Source: Hamiltosporidium tvaerminnensis FI-OER-3-3
Lineage: Eukaryota; Fungi; Microsporidia
NCBI GenBank assembly: GCA_022605425.2
Contig: CM061248.1
Location: 930,001 to 994,000 of the forward strand
Direction of reading: 5' to 3'
Length of the DNA: 64,000 nucleotides
The position numbers and the translations under genes were made by a program. Under the pieces are notes generated by a model. The model saw only the letters and a list, made by a program, of their open reading frames with translations. It had not been told where the DNA came from and did not search any database. Below, one piece after another: positions 25,835 through 39,112 of the stretch (positions are counted from its first letter, which is position 1; each line of letters opens with the position of its first letter).

Positions 25835-26869
25835 TATATTCAGTTGGATACCTCGATCCAAAATGATTAGAAATGTAAAATTGGAATTGTGAAGCAATTT
25901 ATTATAACTCCAATATGGTCAGCTACAAGAATTTCTGACATCTGGTTTCTGGATACTCCATAAATTCTCTAGTGTCACCACAACGTAGACACCTTCCCTC
26001 TGCAGTAAAAAAATATATTTCTATCCTGAATGTAATAAAAGACAGATTTGTCACAAGATCTTGATTTTATCTGCCTTGACCACTAGAATGATTACTTATT
26101 CTTACCTATTGATGTTTCTAGCATTATAAAACATTAGATTCATGTTTCGGTTTAGTATTTTTGTATGTAAATTTGGCTAATTAGCTTTTTTTAAATAATT
26201 CTCATCTTTTCAATCCTATATTCAACTTGAAAAAGCCTTTCATTAGTCTAGATGTGTTTAATTATATTAAACCTTTAAGATTGCTGCTTTTTTAGAAGAC
26301 ACGGCATTTCTATTGGGAAAACAGAAAAATCGCAGAGGCGGGTGTGCAGTTCGGAACCAAATATTAGAAAAGCTTCTTCTGTGCTCATATCTTAGCGTGA
26401 AGATTCTCATTACATTCTTTCTTATCAACTTGATATATAACACTGCCGCAATATTCTCTATATCTTAAAATAGAAAAAAAACTTATAAATATTTCAATGT
26501 TAAAATTATATTATCCAACGAGTATTGGAGGCCAGATAAAGTTGTATAATTTTTATTTTATCAACATCTAAAATAAAATTATGTAATCCGCAATAAAAAC
26601 ATTTGAAGAACAACAAAATATCCATATAATTTCATGAAAAACTTTTCATTTGCATTCTTTTTTTTTAAAAATAATATAATCCATGTTTTTTCTTTTAATT
26701 TCATATTTTTAATACCGAGTTTCCCGATTATAATATTATCGTGTCATTCTAAACAGAAATAATACAAATATTGTATTTTACTTGTTTGATTATCACAAAA
26801 AATATGTTTTAATTCTTGATAAAAAAATTAATTAATGTTTTTTATATTGTCACCAAATAATAAATTTAT

Positions 26870-26882
26870 CCCTACCATTTCA
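26870..26882 (+). promoter_or_regulatory. Microsporidian-type CCC motif upstream of the ATPase start
   Basis: aaatttatCCCtaccatttcaATG supports 26883 rather than 26835 as the start. CCC/GGG motifs close to the ATG are a known feature of microsporidian genes. Confidence 0.55.
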
Positions 26883-29800
26883 ATGAAAAATGTAAAAAGA
26901 AAAAAACAAGAAGAAGATTTTTTAATAATAGAGGGTAGAAAACGGAGATTTTTTAAAATATATTTTAATATGCTTTGTATCATAAGCTTTGGCGTATTAT
27001 ATTTTGTGTGTCGATATTTAAAGAAAGTAAGAATATATATCGAAACAAAAGCATGTAAACTCTCTGAAGCGGATGTAGTATATATTATAAATCAATTTGG
27101 TGATATCGAGATGAGTGATGTCAAAGAAATACATTTTTATGGTAAATCTAATGTCCTAGCAAATTATGTAAGAGGAAATATTGTTAGATGTTTTGAATCA
27201 CAGTTTTATAGATTTTTGTTTGATTATACGACAGGCAAATTTGTTATACCAGCTTTTTTTAATACTGATTGTTTTGATTCTTCTTTAAATAGATATTTAA
27301 AACATAATATTGATCAAACCATTGAAGAGCTAAATTTGAATTTATCGGTAAAAGAAATAATTTACGGGCCAAATGAGACATTTGTTAAACAAAAAACGAC
27401 TGTTGAAATTCTGATTGAGAATATATTTTCTCCATTATTTATCTATATAATTATTTGCGTTATATTATGGATTAATATTGATTATGCTTTGTATGCTGGA
27501 ATAATATTTATTATTTCTTTACATTCGTTATTTTGTGATATATTACGAGATTTCAAAAATAGAAAAGCATTACGAGAATTGGCTGAAAAAAGAAATTTTG
27601 TTAAAGTTTTACGAGGGAGAAAATGGTTTGAAATCGAAACAAAAAATATTTTCCCGGGCGATTTAATCTGTATAGAACCATCAAAAGATTTTTTTTGTGA
27701 TGCAAAAATACTAAAAGGAACTATTATTGTAGATGAGAGTTTCTTGACAGGTGAAGCATTACCCATTTGTAAATCCGAAACCAGTAATAATAATTTAATT
27801 TTTTCCGGTACTAATATTTTAAGCAGCTCAAATGAAAAAAATCATGATGATATGGATTTTGAATTTACACTCAACTTTGCTAAGATAAATGAAGATAATA
27901 ATTTCCATGAAGTTAAAAATGATTTTATTACAATCGAAATGTATAAATCATTTGAAACCAATTCTTTCAAACAAATTTCAAATTCATCTAGTGAAAATTC
28001 TTTATATTTAGACAAAAAGACGAATGAAAATTTATATGAATATCTTGATGATTATTCAATAGGTTTGGTTATTTCGACTGGTTTTTATACGACAAAAGGT
28101 AAACTTATCAGAAATATTTTGCTTCCAAGACCACCAGATTTTACATTTTACAAAGAATCTATGAATTTAATTATCTTTGTTTTCGGAATGGGATTGCTAT
28201 TTACCTTTATTATTCTTTTATACTTTTTCATTATTGGCAATCCTGTACGAATATCACTAATATATTCACTTGATCTTCTTTCTTGTATTTTGGCGCCCGC
28301 ACTTCCAACTACAATTTGAATGGGAGCTAATATTTCTGCCGCAAGATTGAAACGTATGAAAATATTTTGCAGCGATTTAGAAAGAATAAATTCTGCCGGA
28401 AGAACTAATATTGTGATCTTTGACAAAACAGGTACATTGACAGAAGAAGGACTTGATGTTCATTGTATTGATAATTTTCAAATCGCAGGTGATGATATTG
28501 GAAAGTTCGATAGAAAAATGATAAATGCAATCAGTACATGTCATAGTGTTTATGAATTAAATGGTGAGTGTGTCGGTGATCCTTTGGATGTTAAAATGTT
28601 TGCATTTTCGAATTCAAGATTTTGTTTCGAACGCAGTAATTCCGCCAAATATAGGTTAATTGAGATAAATAGATCCATGATTGATTTAAATACATGCGAA
28701 AAACTTTTTTATGATCAAAACAAACACAAATTTTTGGATGATAATGAAAGGTCAGATTCCTTGGTTTACAATCAAATCTCTGATAACTTATATTCGCAGC
28801 TCGATTTTAAAAATACACAGATTGAAAATAGATTTTATAAAGTCAAAATAGTGAAATGTTATGATTTCGACAATAATCTTCGTAGAATGTCGGTAGTTGT
28901 GGTTGATAATGGAAAACACTTTGTCTATTCTAAGGGATCCCCAGAATCAATTTCTAAGATTTTGTGTAACATTCCAGAAGATTATGAAAAAAGAGTTAGA
29001 GAATATACTTTAGAAGGCTATAGAGTTCTATCTATTGCATACAAAGAGACGCATAGTATAAATATAAACGAAAGATTGCGAATTAAGGATGAAGATGGAC
29101 TGACTTTCTTGGGTTTTATAGTATTTGCAAATAAATTGAAGCCTGTCACCGAAAGTGTGCTTGTAGAATTAAATGAGGCCGGGATCAAGTGTGTGATGGC
29201 AACTGGTGACAATATTTTAACTGCAATTTCTGTTGCCAGACAGTCAAAATTGGTGGATAAATATTTACCAATAATTTTTCCTGTGATTAATGAAAACGCT
29301 AAAAATATTTACGATGCTGAGTGGCTATGTGTAGGAGATGAAGAGCTAACCTTTGATAAAATTAGATTTTGTGTAGTTAATAAGAAAAACAGTCTTCCAT
29401 TCGACGATTTTCTTGTTGCGTGTGAGGGACGAGAATATGAATTTATAAAGAAAGATAATTCTACTTATTTCTCATTTATTTTATCAAACTGTGCAATATT
29501 TGCAAGAATGAATCCTGATCAGAAGAAAATGTTGGTTGAAGACTTTGCAGATATCGATTATTCCACTTGTTTTTGTGGCGATGGAGCTAATGATTGCGGA
29601 GCATTAAAAAGTGCAGAGGTAGGAATAGCTCTTGCGCAAAACGAAACAACATTGACTTCTAGTTTTACAAGTCGAATTACTGACATAAGTAGTGTGTTGA
29701 CTGTTTTGAAAGAAGGAAGATCTGCGCTTGTAACTTCAATTTCAAGGTTCAAATTCGTTTTTATTTCTTCTTTTATTCAATATTTTTCTTTGTATATTCT

Positions 29801-30452
29801 GAGTTTAAAATTCTTGTTTTTAAGTGAATGGCAAAACATGCACAATGATCTCTTCATTGTATTGCCTTTGGCATTTATTATGACAAAATTTAAGCCTTCA
29901 GATAAACTTTACAAAAAAAGACCAAATCATTCATTAATTTCAATAGAATCATTGCTACCCTTGTTTGGTACGATTGTAATTCAGAGTATATTTTTGATAA
30001 TTTGTGTTTTGCTTATCGATAAATCCGAAGGTTCAAAAGGGGAATTCTTGAAATGTTCTATGGGATCAACGGCTATTTTCTTTGTTAGTTCTTTTCAAAA
30101 TCTTACTTCTGGTATTTTATATACGGAAGGACAGCCACATAAAGAGCCTAAAGCAAAGAAAATACCTTTCATTATTCATTTGGTTATTTTATTTTCGTAT
30201 ACAATAACTCTTTTGCTTTTCGTAATGAAAACAATACGCTTTGAAGTTTTTGATCGCTTGTTTTCTCGATATAAGTTTATCAAATTTGATCAAAAAACTT
30301 CTCTCGTTTTGGTGATTCTAATAATAGCAAATTCCTTGTTGAATTTTTATTATAATATTATGTCTCAAAAAATCTGCGGTCTTTTTTCCAAACGGAATAT
30401 GAAAAGATACAATAAAAATGATAAAGTAGATGATTCAAAAGAGCCACCATAA
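26883..30452 (+). CDS. YPK9: P5B-type cation/polyamine-transporting P-type ATPase (ATP13A/Ypk9 family), with one in-frame TGA at 28317-28319
   Basis: Motifs DESFLTGEALP, APALPTT, FDKTGTLT, KGSPE, TGDN, FARMNPDQK and GDGANDCGAL. The two track ORFs are in the same frame and separated only by TGA. Confidence 0.9.
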
Positions 30453-32379
30453 TATTAACATTAAAGTATATTTCGTTTATACCCTTTCCTTTCACTTTCT
30501 GACTTATGTTTATTACGAAGACATGGTTTAAATAGAGCAATTTTTTAATCGGAACCAAATTAAAAAGCGAAAAGGGTCTTTTTATTTTAAAATTTAACTT
30601 TTGGTCACATAACTCTTTTTTTGGTGAATATTATTTCATAATGTTTTAAAATCTTAAAACACCAAAAACACACGCATTTTGTTTTCACTTCATCAAACTA
30701 CTTGTTACCATAAATCTCATTTGTAAATACATTTTTTCATTATTCTTATCTGTAAATAATAAATACAAAAACACAATAATATTCAATATCTTATGAAAGA
30801 ATATATAAATAGACCAAAACTATTTGTACACTCATCTTCCCTGTATACTTAATATATTTTGTTTGTATTTTATTCATTTGATAAAAAAAGAATTGTGAAA
30901 TTCAAAAAAATTAAATCTAATGTAGTGAGATGTTTCTTATATTGTTCTTTTAGGGTATAAATGTTTAAATCTTAATAATCAAATAATTTGAATGATCAAC
31001 GATCTTCATATATAATTTTTATAATAAATTACTATACTTAGAGAAATATATTTAAAATTTACAACTTATTTTGATCTATATTAAATATCGATAAGCGAAA
31101 AAATTGTAATCTACACATTTAAAGAACCTTTAAATTAATAATATTTCTAATATTAAAGTTTATTTGTGAAAATTAAAATGTGACTAGTAAAATAATATGA
31201 ACAATGAAAGCTTTATTAAAAAACCAAAATCTGGGAAATCTAAATCTTCTAATAAAATATATAATCAATATTGAATCTAAAAGAATAATTATTTGCAAAT
31301 ATAATCATTAAAAATATATTTTGTGATGTTTTAAGTAAATATCGGGTATTTATATGTGGGAATCTATGTACGCATTTTAGATACATAAGTTCACATTCCG
31401 ATATATTTTAACAAAAACAGTATACCTAAAGTTATTTTAATGGCTAGAAATATGGTATCAATAAATTATTTATTAAAATGACTGATTGCTTTCTTTTTAA
31501 AAAAAAAATTCAAAAGTCTATTGAACAAAAAATTTCGTTTATCCAATAAACCAGTCATTCAAATGTAAGATTATTTCACTAAATCATTTCTAAGGCTTAT
31601 TTTAATACTATTTGCGCGCATATAATGCGATTAAATTATGTCCTGACCATTTTATCGATAGAATTTATTAAATATTTGATCTTTTGAATGTAGAATTGAT
31701 AATTCAGTTTAAAAACTTTTTTTAAACAAAAAAATTCGAAGAATAAAAGCGAAACAACCGAGATTCATTACTTTATTTATAAATAAAAATATTAAATACG
31801 CAAACTGAATTATTTATACAAGAAAACTTTAATTTATATGCCTTTGGAGTTAATAAACAGTAATTGCAACGAGCCAGAAATCTGATTAGAAGTGTCATGA
31901 ATAAATAATTTAAATTAAAATATTTGGCTAGGGAGTCATAAACTGTTTAGTTCTCAAATAAAATTTGAATTTGTATTATATTTTAGACCTTCATATGTTT
32001 ATATTCAAAATTTTTATTCTGATATTTTCAAAAACTGATGGTTTTTAAAACACACATAGGAAAAAGAAAACCGAATATTCTTCATAAAATCCTTTATTTC
32101 TTATATATTTTTAGAGCCTTAGTTAATTCCCTTATATTCCTCGTAAGCGTTCAGATATTTGAAAAAAGGAAACAATTTTTTTTCTAAATTTACTAAGAGT
32201 CAAAATTAGAAAAATCTTTAAGCAAATGAATACTTCATTCCCCCTCTTATAAAAACCTGTTAGAATCATATCTCAGTATTTTAGCGAAAAAATGTTCAAA
32301 CGTTTATTTGTAAAAAAGTTAATTTTAAATAGGCTTTATTATTCAATTGTAAATTGTTCTAAAATTGATTTCACCATTA

Positions 32380-33250
32380 CTCTGGTTAACAATGTTGTTT
32401 TTGGAATAGCTCTTACAATTAAGCACATTTGACCTAAAAAGTGCCCAAGTGAGTACCTTCGTCTTTATATTTGTGTCTAATTCTTTTTTTTATTTGGCCA
32501 TAATTTCCACAATCACATAGCTTAAAATGCTATTGGTTTCGTTCTTTATAATTCAATTCTTATAACTTACAAGAGCTTAGGTGTTTCTGTTAAAATTTTT
32601 AATTCGTTATCAATATTATCGGTTATTGTAAAAATTTTTGATTTTTCTGTTATATTTGATTATTGTTGCGCATCCAAGGCAATCTAATAGATTTACTGGA
32701 TATCGCTGTATTTTAATATTCAATAATTGCAACAGAATATACTTCAACAAAACGAACAATATACCTGCTTTGTTTCTGGCTTTATGCTTTCAGAGACTGG
32801 TTTTTAAAAATAATTGCATAACCGAGGAACAAACGATAATCATTAGTGTCACTATAGAGAATATTTTTACATACACAAACAGCAGTTTGAAGTCTAATCT
32901 GTATTCAAGTTGTTTCATGAGATATGTTTGCTACCATATTATTTATAGTTCTTAGCGTTCTAAACTTTTCATTTTTTTGGATTGCGTGGTCTTCCATATA
33001 TAAGTTTGATACTTGAGTAAGTCAATGTCATTTCAAGGAGTAGATTTCATAAATATCAGTATCATAGGATGGTTTTGCAATCAAAATACAAAAGTTGACG
33101 TCACGAAACCTCATTAAATTATTTAAGTGTCTAAAGCATCTTAGTCATTTTATTGTTTTGGAAAGCTTTGTGTATGTGCGATAAATATTATGAATCTAGT
33201 ACTTTTAACATTTAAATTGTTGTATATTCCGTAAGATAAACAATCTTTTC
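32380..33250 (-). pseudogene. Decayed non-LTR (possibly RTE-type) reverse transcriptase relic
   Basis: Minus-strand fragments such as KLWPNKKK / ELDTNIKTKVLTWALFRSNVLN (~32420-32510, across an A-run frameshift) resemble the RTE post-RT region. VNFCILIAKPSYDT (~33060-33100) resembles the FIDxxKAYD motif. Boundaries are approximate. Confidence 0.35.
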
Positions 33251-34651
33251 ACCTTTCTTGCGTTGAAATGTATCATTAAACTTCTTTTATTTCTTGCCTG
33301 AATCTACAATCTTGGTATGTAGTTGTAAAACTTTCAATTATTTAAATATGAAATGAAATATAAAGAATTAAAAGAAAATGATTCCTTAAAAACTTTTAAG
33401 AAATTTATCTACTATATTATTTGGTTTCGTGCTAGTGTTTATGAGTTTAAAATTCTTTTTTTACAAACATCAACCAAAAAATAAAATCGAAAACTGCCAA
33501 AAAAGGCATGAAACGACAAAAATAAAATTAATTTTATATCATGCTCAGATCCAAGCATTCTAATTCCTTTTGTGTAAAAAAACATTACGAGAGGATGGAT
33601 CTAAAATAACTGGAAGTAATGTAAATTGGGATATTATGTGAATAACGGAAGGAAAATAGACAAAAAAAGTGTGTAATAAAGGCGATTAGCAAAAAAAGTC
33701 TCTTAAAATTAAAAAGTTCGTGGAAAATAACAGGGGTTCTTTTGGCATGGAACGAGGTCTATTGGTCTTTGAAATGATAATTATGAAACTAGCTCGAAAC
33801 TGTTTTCTACGATGTATTCTAAAATCGCGGTAAATAAAATCTAGATATTATACACGGTAAAATATTCAAAATAAATATTTTCTGTACCGACATAACTATA
33901 ATTACGCCTTTAACGTTACGATATGCCTTTGATGAAGCGAGATAATTTAGTAAGAGAAGCAATAGAAAGTCTTAAAACCTTAATAAAATGAAATTAAATC
34001 ATATTACAAATGTTTTATGTAACTTTCTACGACAATAGGAATGTAAATGTCGCTATTAACATGTAATAAAAGTCATAAATTTTGTCATGATTTCTACCTT
34101 TCCCTTTGGTCATTAGAAATCGAACAACAGGCTTCAAGAGATGAATTCCAATCAATATTTAAGCAAGCAAAAGCAAAAAATCTAAATAATAGTACACCAA
34201 TTAACTTTCCATGCTCTGATTTCTTTTGTTTCTGTTTTTTTTTCAGTTTTTTATGGATTATATTTTTTATTTTTTAAGAAAAAGTAGCGAAGCGGTAATT
34301 TTTTGATCCACATTTTATGCTAACAAATAGACATAGATTTATTACTAATAAATTAGAAAAATTAGACACTTTTATTGAAGACAAATTTTACTTCGATGTT
34401 TAACAAGCAATTTTTCTATTTCATATAAGCCTTTTTTTATTTGGTCTGATGCATATAGAAATTGGAAAGATGTTCAATTATCAATATAGAAACTATAAAA
34501 TTGTGTTAATCTGTATTTTGGTACTTTTTTGTACCATGGTTCTTTTCAAGAATTAAAATTTCGTTAAATAAAATATTATTCAATTCTAATGCACAGAAGC
34601 ATCGCTCTTAATTTTTCAAAATATATGTTTTCGACAAATTTATAAAACAGA

Positions 34652-35380
34652 TTTATTTAAAAGTATAACATCTTTTTAAAATAGTGGCAAGTGTTATATT
34701 TGTTTTTATGACATGCGCGCAGTTCTAGGTTTAACATAAATGACTGCTACCCCAACACTCCATCGGTAACCCCTGCGATACCTACGTTCCAAAGCCTTTC
34801 ATCTACCAGGTGTGTAGAACCTAATTACTAGGCGAGGCAGTTGCCCGGAGTTCAACAATGTCCGTTGCATGGAGTGTGATCGAAGGGCGAAGCCCCCCTG
34901 GGCTCTCCCAAGACTATGCAGCATTCCCACTTACTCTATACTTTCGGAACCCAATAAACTTCTAGCTAAGATATATTTCAGAGACTTACATGGGGTCCAC
35001 CTAGACAGTGCAATGTCATACCAACAGGTATAACCTGCTACTTAGCTCTCCTGGCTTTAAATGGTTTTTATTTTTATATCTCTCAGGCGCTAAGTCTTCT
35101 AACCCGAGAGAGCAAGGCTAGGTTTCCATGCTTTTACATGGCAATTACCTACATGTTCAGCTGCGGTCTGCAATCTGGTTACATAAAAAACTACAAATAA
35201 ATTCGTAGAAAAAGTTTCTCCATTTCTTAGACCTCTCCTCCTCATAACAACTCCCATGATAACAACCGAAGATGTAGTGTGGTTGTATTCCCACTAAAAA
35301 TCCAAACAATGATCTTCACACCAGTTTCACACACTCATTGCCAAGCAGAAAGTTTTTTATGTGGTTATCCTCCCTCCACA
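34652..35380 (-). mobile_element. Unclassified ~720-nt non-coding dispersed element, copy 1 (TSD-flanked, structured)
   Basis: Collinear over its whole length with 61751-62476 and GC-richer than its flanks. Imperfect 29-bp direct repeat at 34630-34658 / 35381-35409. Strand inferred from the terminal ...TTTTAAATAAA on the minus strand. Confidence 0.85.
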
Positions 35381-38300
35381 TTCGACAAACTTATAAATAA
35401 AATTTATTTTTTATATTTCTATACAGGTTTTTCATATTTGAAAATTTCTGAATATTGTATAATATTTCTAACACAATGAGGTCATTCTATCGAGATTTAT
35501 AGATAAATTATATCAATTATCAACAATTAAAAACTAGCATATGATCGTGTACGCATACTGCTTTCATAAACATCAATTTGTGTCAACTCTAGTTCTGATA
35601 TAACGTTTTACTCGGTTATTAATCACAAGAAGCGAATTATTTAAAACCTAAACCAATAATGTGAATGAAATGATTTAAAATTTATTAATATTGAAAGAAT
35701 ACCTTAGTAGCAATCTGCAATTACGAAAAAAATATTGTGAATTTGACTATATCTTTAGAATGCAATTGGTTTCAAGAGTAGGTATCATATACTTGCCGAA
35801 TATTGATGTATTGACTAAATAATTGAGATGTTCTTTTAAATCCATTATTATTTTCAAAATATTTTATCACTCGAGTGGGTAGTATATGAATATATGAAGG
35901 CAACACATAACGGTCACATATTTCTATAATTAGAATCGCCTTCTAAAAATATTAAGTGAAAGCAACGATGTATGAAACCTACATGTGGTTCGTTCGATGC
36001 TATAAATTTTCGGAGTTCTATAGATATTTCAATAAGGATCGATGTTTTTTTGCCGCTGTGACACAACGAGATATAAATTATTCAAAAATGCTGATTGATT
36101 GATTTAATGGAATTTCGAAATCATAATATCAATTTTTATTCAAATGCCAAGCATTATATTTAGACCCAACCCATTTTTCTGCTATTTCAATTTAATTTTA
36201 AAATTTAGTGCCCAAGCTATGTGTATGCCGAATTTTAGCACAAGCGGGCTCTTTTGGTTTCTGATGTTTATACTAGTATAAGTACCAAATTTATTTCTAC
36301 TAAACAAATAAACAGTTCTTAATTGGTAAAATAATTATATGAACTGGCTCTGAATTTTAAGTGATATAGTATTTCTTAGAACTATTTTTACCTTTTTTCT
36401 GTACATGGCTTGTTTCTTATATTTTCTCTCTTTCTAATTAGCTTAATTTGATAAATAAGTTTTGCGCTAAATTTAAACCCAAAAGTATTTTTTGGCTAAA
36501 ATGATTAAAATTTTTGTAAATTTGCATTGATATATAATTTTAATATTTCTTGCGTTTTATGTTTGCGAATATATTAAGTTTTGGCTAAAGTGGGTTAAGG
36601 ATTTGACAATAAATTATAATATAATGTCATCAACAATAATTTTTCAATCTAAAGCGACAAAAAATAAATTAATTACTAATATATTTCTGTTGGAATTAAT
36701 ATCAAGGTGTCAAGTGGATTTATTGGTATTCATATACTTTATTGAGTATATTTCTATTTATCTTTAGCACAATGATTCATAAAATTTCGCGCATACATTT
36801 AATAACTCCTAATCACATCTCATTTTATTTATTATGTTTGTTTTCTAACATAGACATCGAAAGCATGTTATTTGAACACGATCTTCGTCAAATTTAAATT
36901 TTTTTATTCGGACACTTATATTTCAACAGAAAATTTTCTCAATTATTTGACTGTCTGGTTTGATTTGTTAGCGTAAAAATTAATTTTTTTTCTTTTTTTC
37001 TTCCTGGTTTAGTTTATACTTTTATTTTGGAATCATATATCTTATATATTTGTAACCGCGTGATAATGAAATATATGTATCAAGTAAGATTAAGCCTTAA
37101 TGTGAATGAATGTTGATATTATTGTAAAACATATAAAGGAAATATTTAACGATATTCTTAGAATATTTTTACACATATTTTGGTTGTATAATTTCTAAAT
37201 AAATTTTTATTGGGTTTGCAAAGGCATAAGATTTGAACGTAGAATTTTTGGTGCAATAATTCTAATAATAAAATGCATTTCTTAATGTATTGGTCTTTAT
37301 ATTGTTAGAAATTGTTGGAGTATAAATTTCAATAAAAAATAAACTAAGTAAATGTAATAAATTTCTAGCCCATAAAATTCAAAAAACATGCACTACCAGC
37401 AAAACGAATGAAAGAAATATCGCACAGGCAAAACGGAAGTTAGGAAAGATGCGGATCATTAAATAAATATCTTGCTCGCTATTCTCTATATTGTTGTTTT
37501 CTTCCCAAACATGGTCCCCATCCGGGAATCCGACAGACATATTTCTTAACTATTATAAAAAAATCTGCTAGGGCTAATATGAAAATTTTTGCCAAAAAAC
37601 GGCCGTATTCCCACATTGAATAGAATTTATGGAAAAATTACCCAATTAACATTATACTATAAACCATCAAATTTTGATAATTATGTATTTCAAAGATTTA
37701 AATAAGAAATGGTATCAGAACGATCAAAGAGGATATGTTCGTTACCAAAGCTTTAAAACTCGCGGATATAAGTTATAAGTTCAAAAAAGCTTATATTCTT
37801 AGGAGATTTAACCATCGAAATAATTAGCATAGGAAAATATAAATCATTACCTCTAATCTTTGTTATAGGGTGTTCTTTCTAGTATATTTTATAGCGATTT
37901 TATCGAGACCTTCATCTTTTAAACCTTAGCGTAGGTGTTTTTTCTCTAATCAATCATAATTAATGACATTTCTTTACTTCTTTAATGGCAGAATTTTTTT
38001 TTTGCAAAATAACACATGAAAGAGATAATTTATATAATTCAGAATGCACCGAAGAGGATGATTCGCTTCGAAATTTTTAATTGGTTTAAAGAATACAAGA
38101 AATCAATAAGAGTGCTCAAATTGAGATATGTCTTTTCCTATTCCTTCATAAAATTTACACAACCAATAATAGTGAGTAAAACGGAACATAAAACAATTAA
38201 ACAGATTCTATTGGTTCAAAAAAATATTTGAAATTAAATTCTAAAATTTTCTTCTAAATTCTATTATTTATCAAAAATGACACAATAAATTTGTTTTTTT

Positions 38301-39112
38301 GTTTGTCTTAAAGTTTCAATCAAAAAAAATTATAATATTTGTTAAGATTTCTTTTCTAAGAATTTACAGTTACATAAAAAATGTATGATAAGATTGATGC
38401 TTTTCTACCATTCGTTTTATAATATATTTATATTCCAAGAATAATTGCATAAAACAATTATTGTTTGAAAGGCTTCGATGGACTTTATACCTGATAAATT
38501 AAAAGGTTTTTAATCGTAATTATTATAAGGTTACATAAATAGTAAATTAACAAATGCAGCAAATCTTTAAAAAAACGAGTTTTTCAAGTAAATAAGACAC
38601 ATCACAAGAATAATTTCTTTCTTAAAAAGACATAATTAAATATAAATACGTTAAAAGTGAACATACTAACCATTTAGCCGAGCTGAGGCTCTGAAAAATT
38701 AAAAGTAAATATAATAGAAGAAGAGAATTATACAGGGTAAAAAGGCCTGGATTTATATTGTGAAATCGTCTAAAAACGGTAATAATTTGGAAATGAAAGA
38801 CAAAAATAATATACGAGAAGCTGAATAGATGATAATGGGAATTCTTATAAAATTTTAAGAATCTATATCTCAGATATTGATAACAAAGGTTATTTTCGAC
38901 ATTTTTCCGAATAAATGTGAAAGAAATCTGTTTCTACCGACTTAGGAACGCAGTATATTATAAAACAATTAAGGTAATTTTTAATTTAGAAAATATTTTT
39001 TTATTGCATCAATTGTAAATCTAGGAACGAAAATAATATTCTATTTCAAGAATATGTTTAAGTATGAAAGGAACTAGATGAATCCCTCAAATCGAATTGT
39101 ACCTTTATAAAA

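Noticed and set aside
2240-25842. Strict sequence-specific target for the RLE element
   Set aside because: The insertion flanks are AT-rich and A and B share attaa, but C differs. There is no rDNA, snRNA or microsatellite target, and too few sites to call a motif.
28317-28319. Genome-wide UGA=Trp code
   Set aside because: Conserved Trp codons in tubulin and the ATPase are TGG, TRM6 terminates at TGA, and only one case is seen.
27482-29752. Minus-strand ORFs within the ATPase, and similar ORFs opposite tubulin, NIF3, permease and TRM6
   Set aside because: Antisense shadow ORFs of real genes.
35097-35107. CTAACCC in the 720-nt element as a telomerase RNA template
   Set aside because: It covers only about one repeat with no alignment region, and a multi-copy TSD-flanked context is not expected for a telomerase RNA gene.
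34652-35380. 720-nt element as solo LTR, rRNA, RNase P/MRP, group II intron or hammerhead carrier
   Set aside because: The TSD is far longer than 4-6 bp. I found no recognisable rRNA, P/MRP conserved regions, domain V or CUGANGA core by eye.
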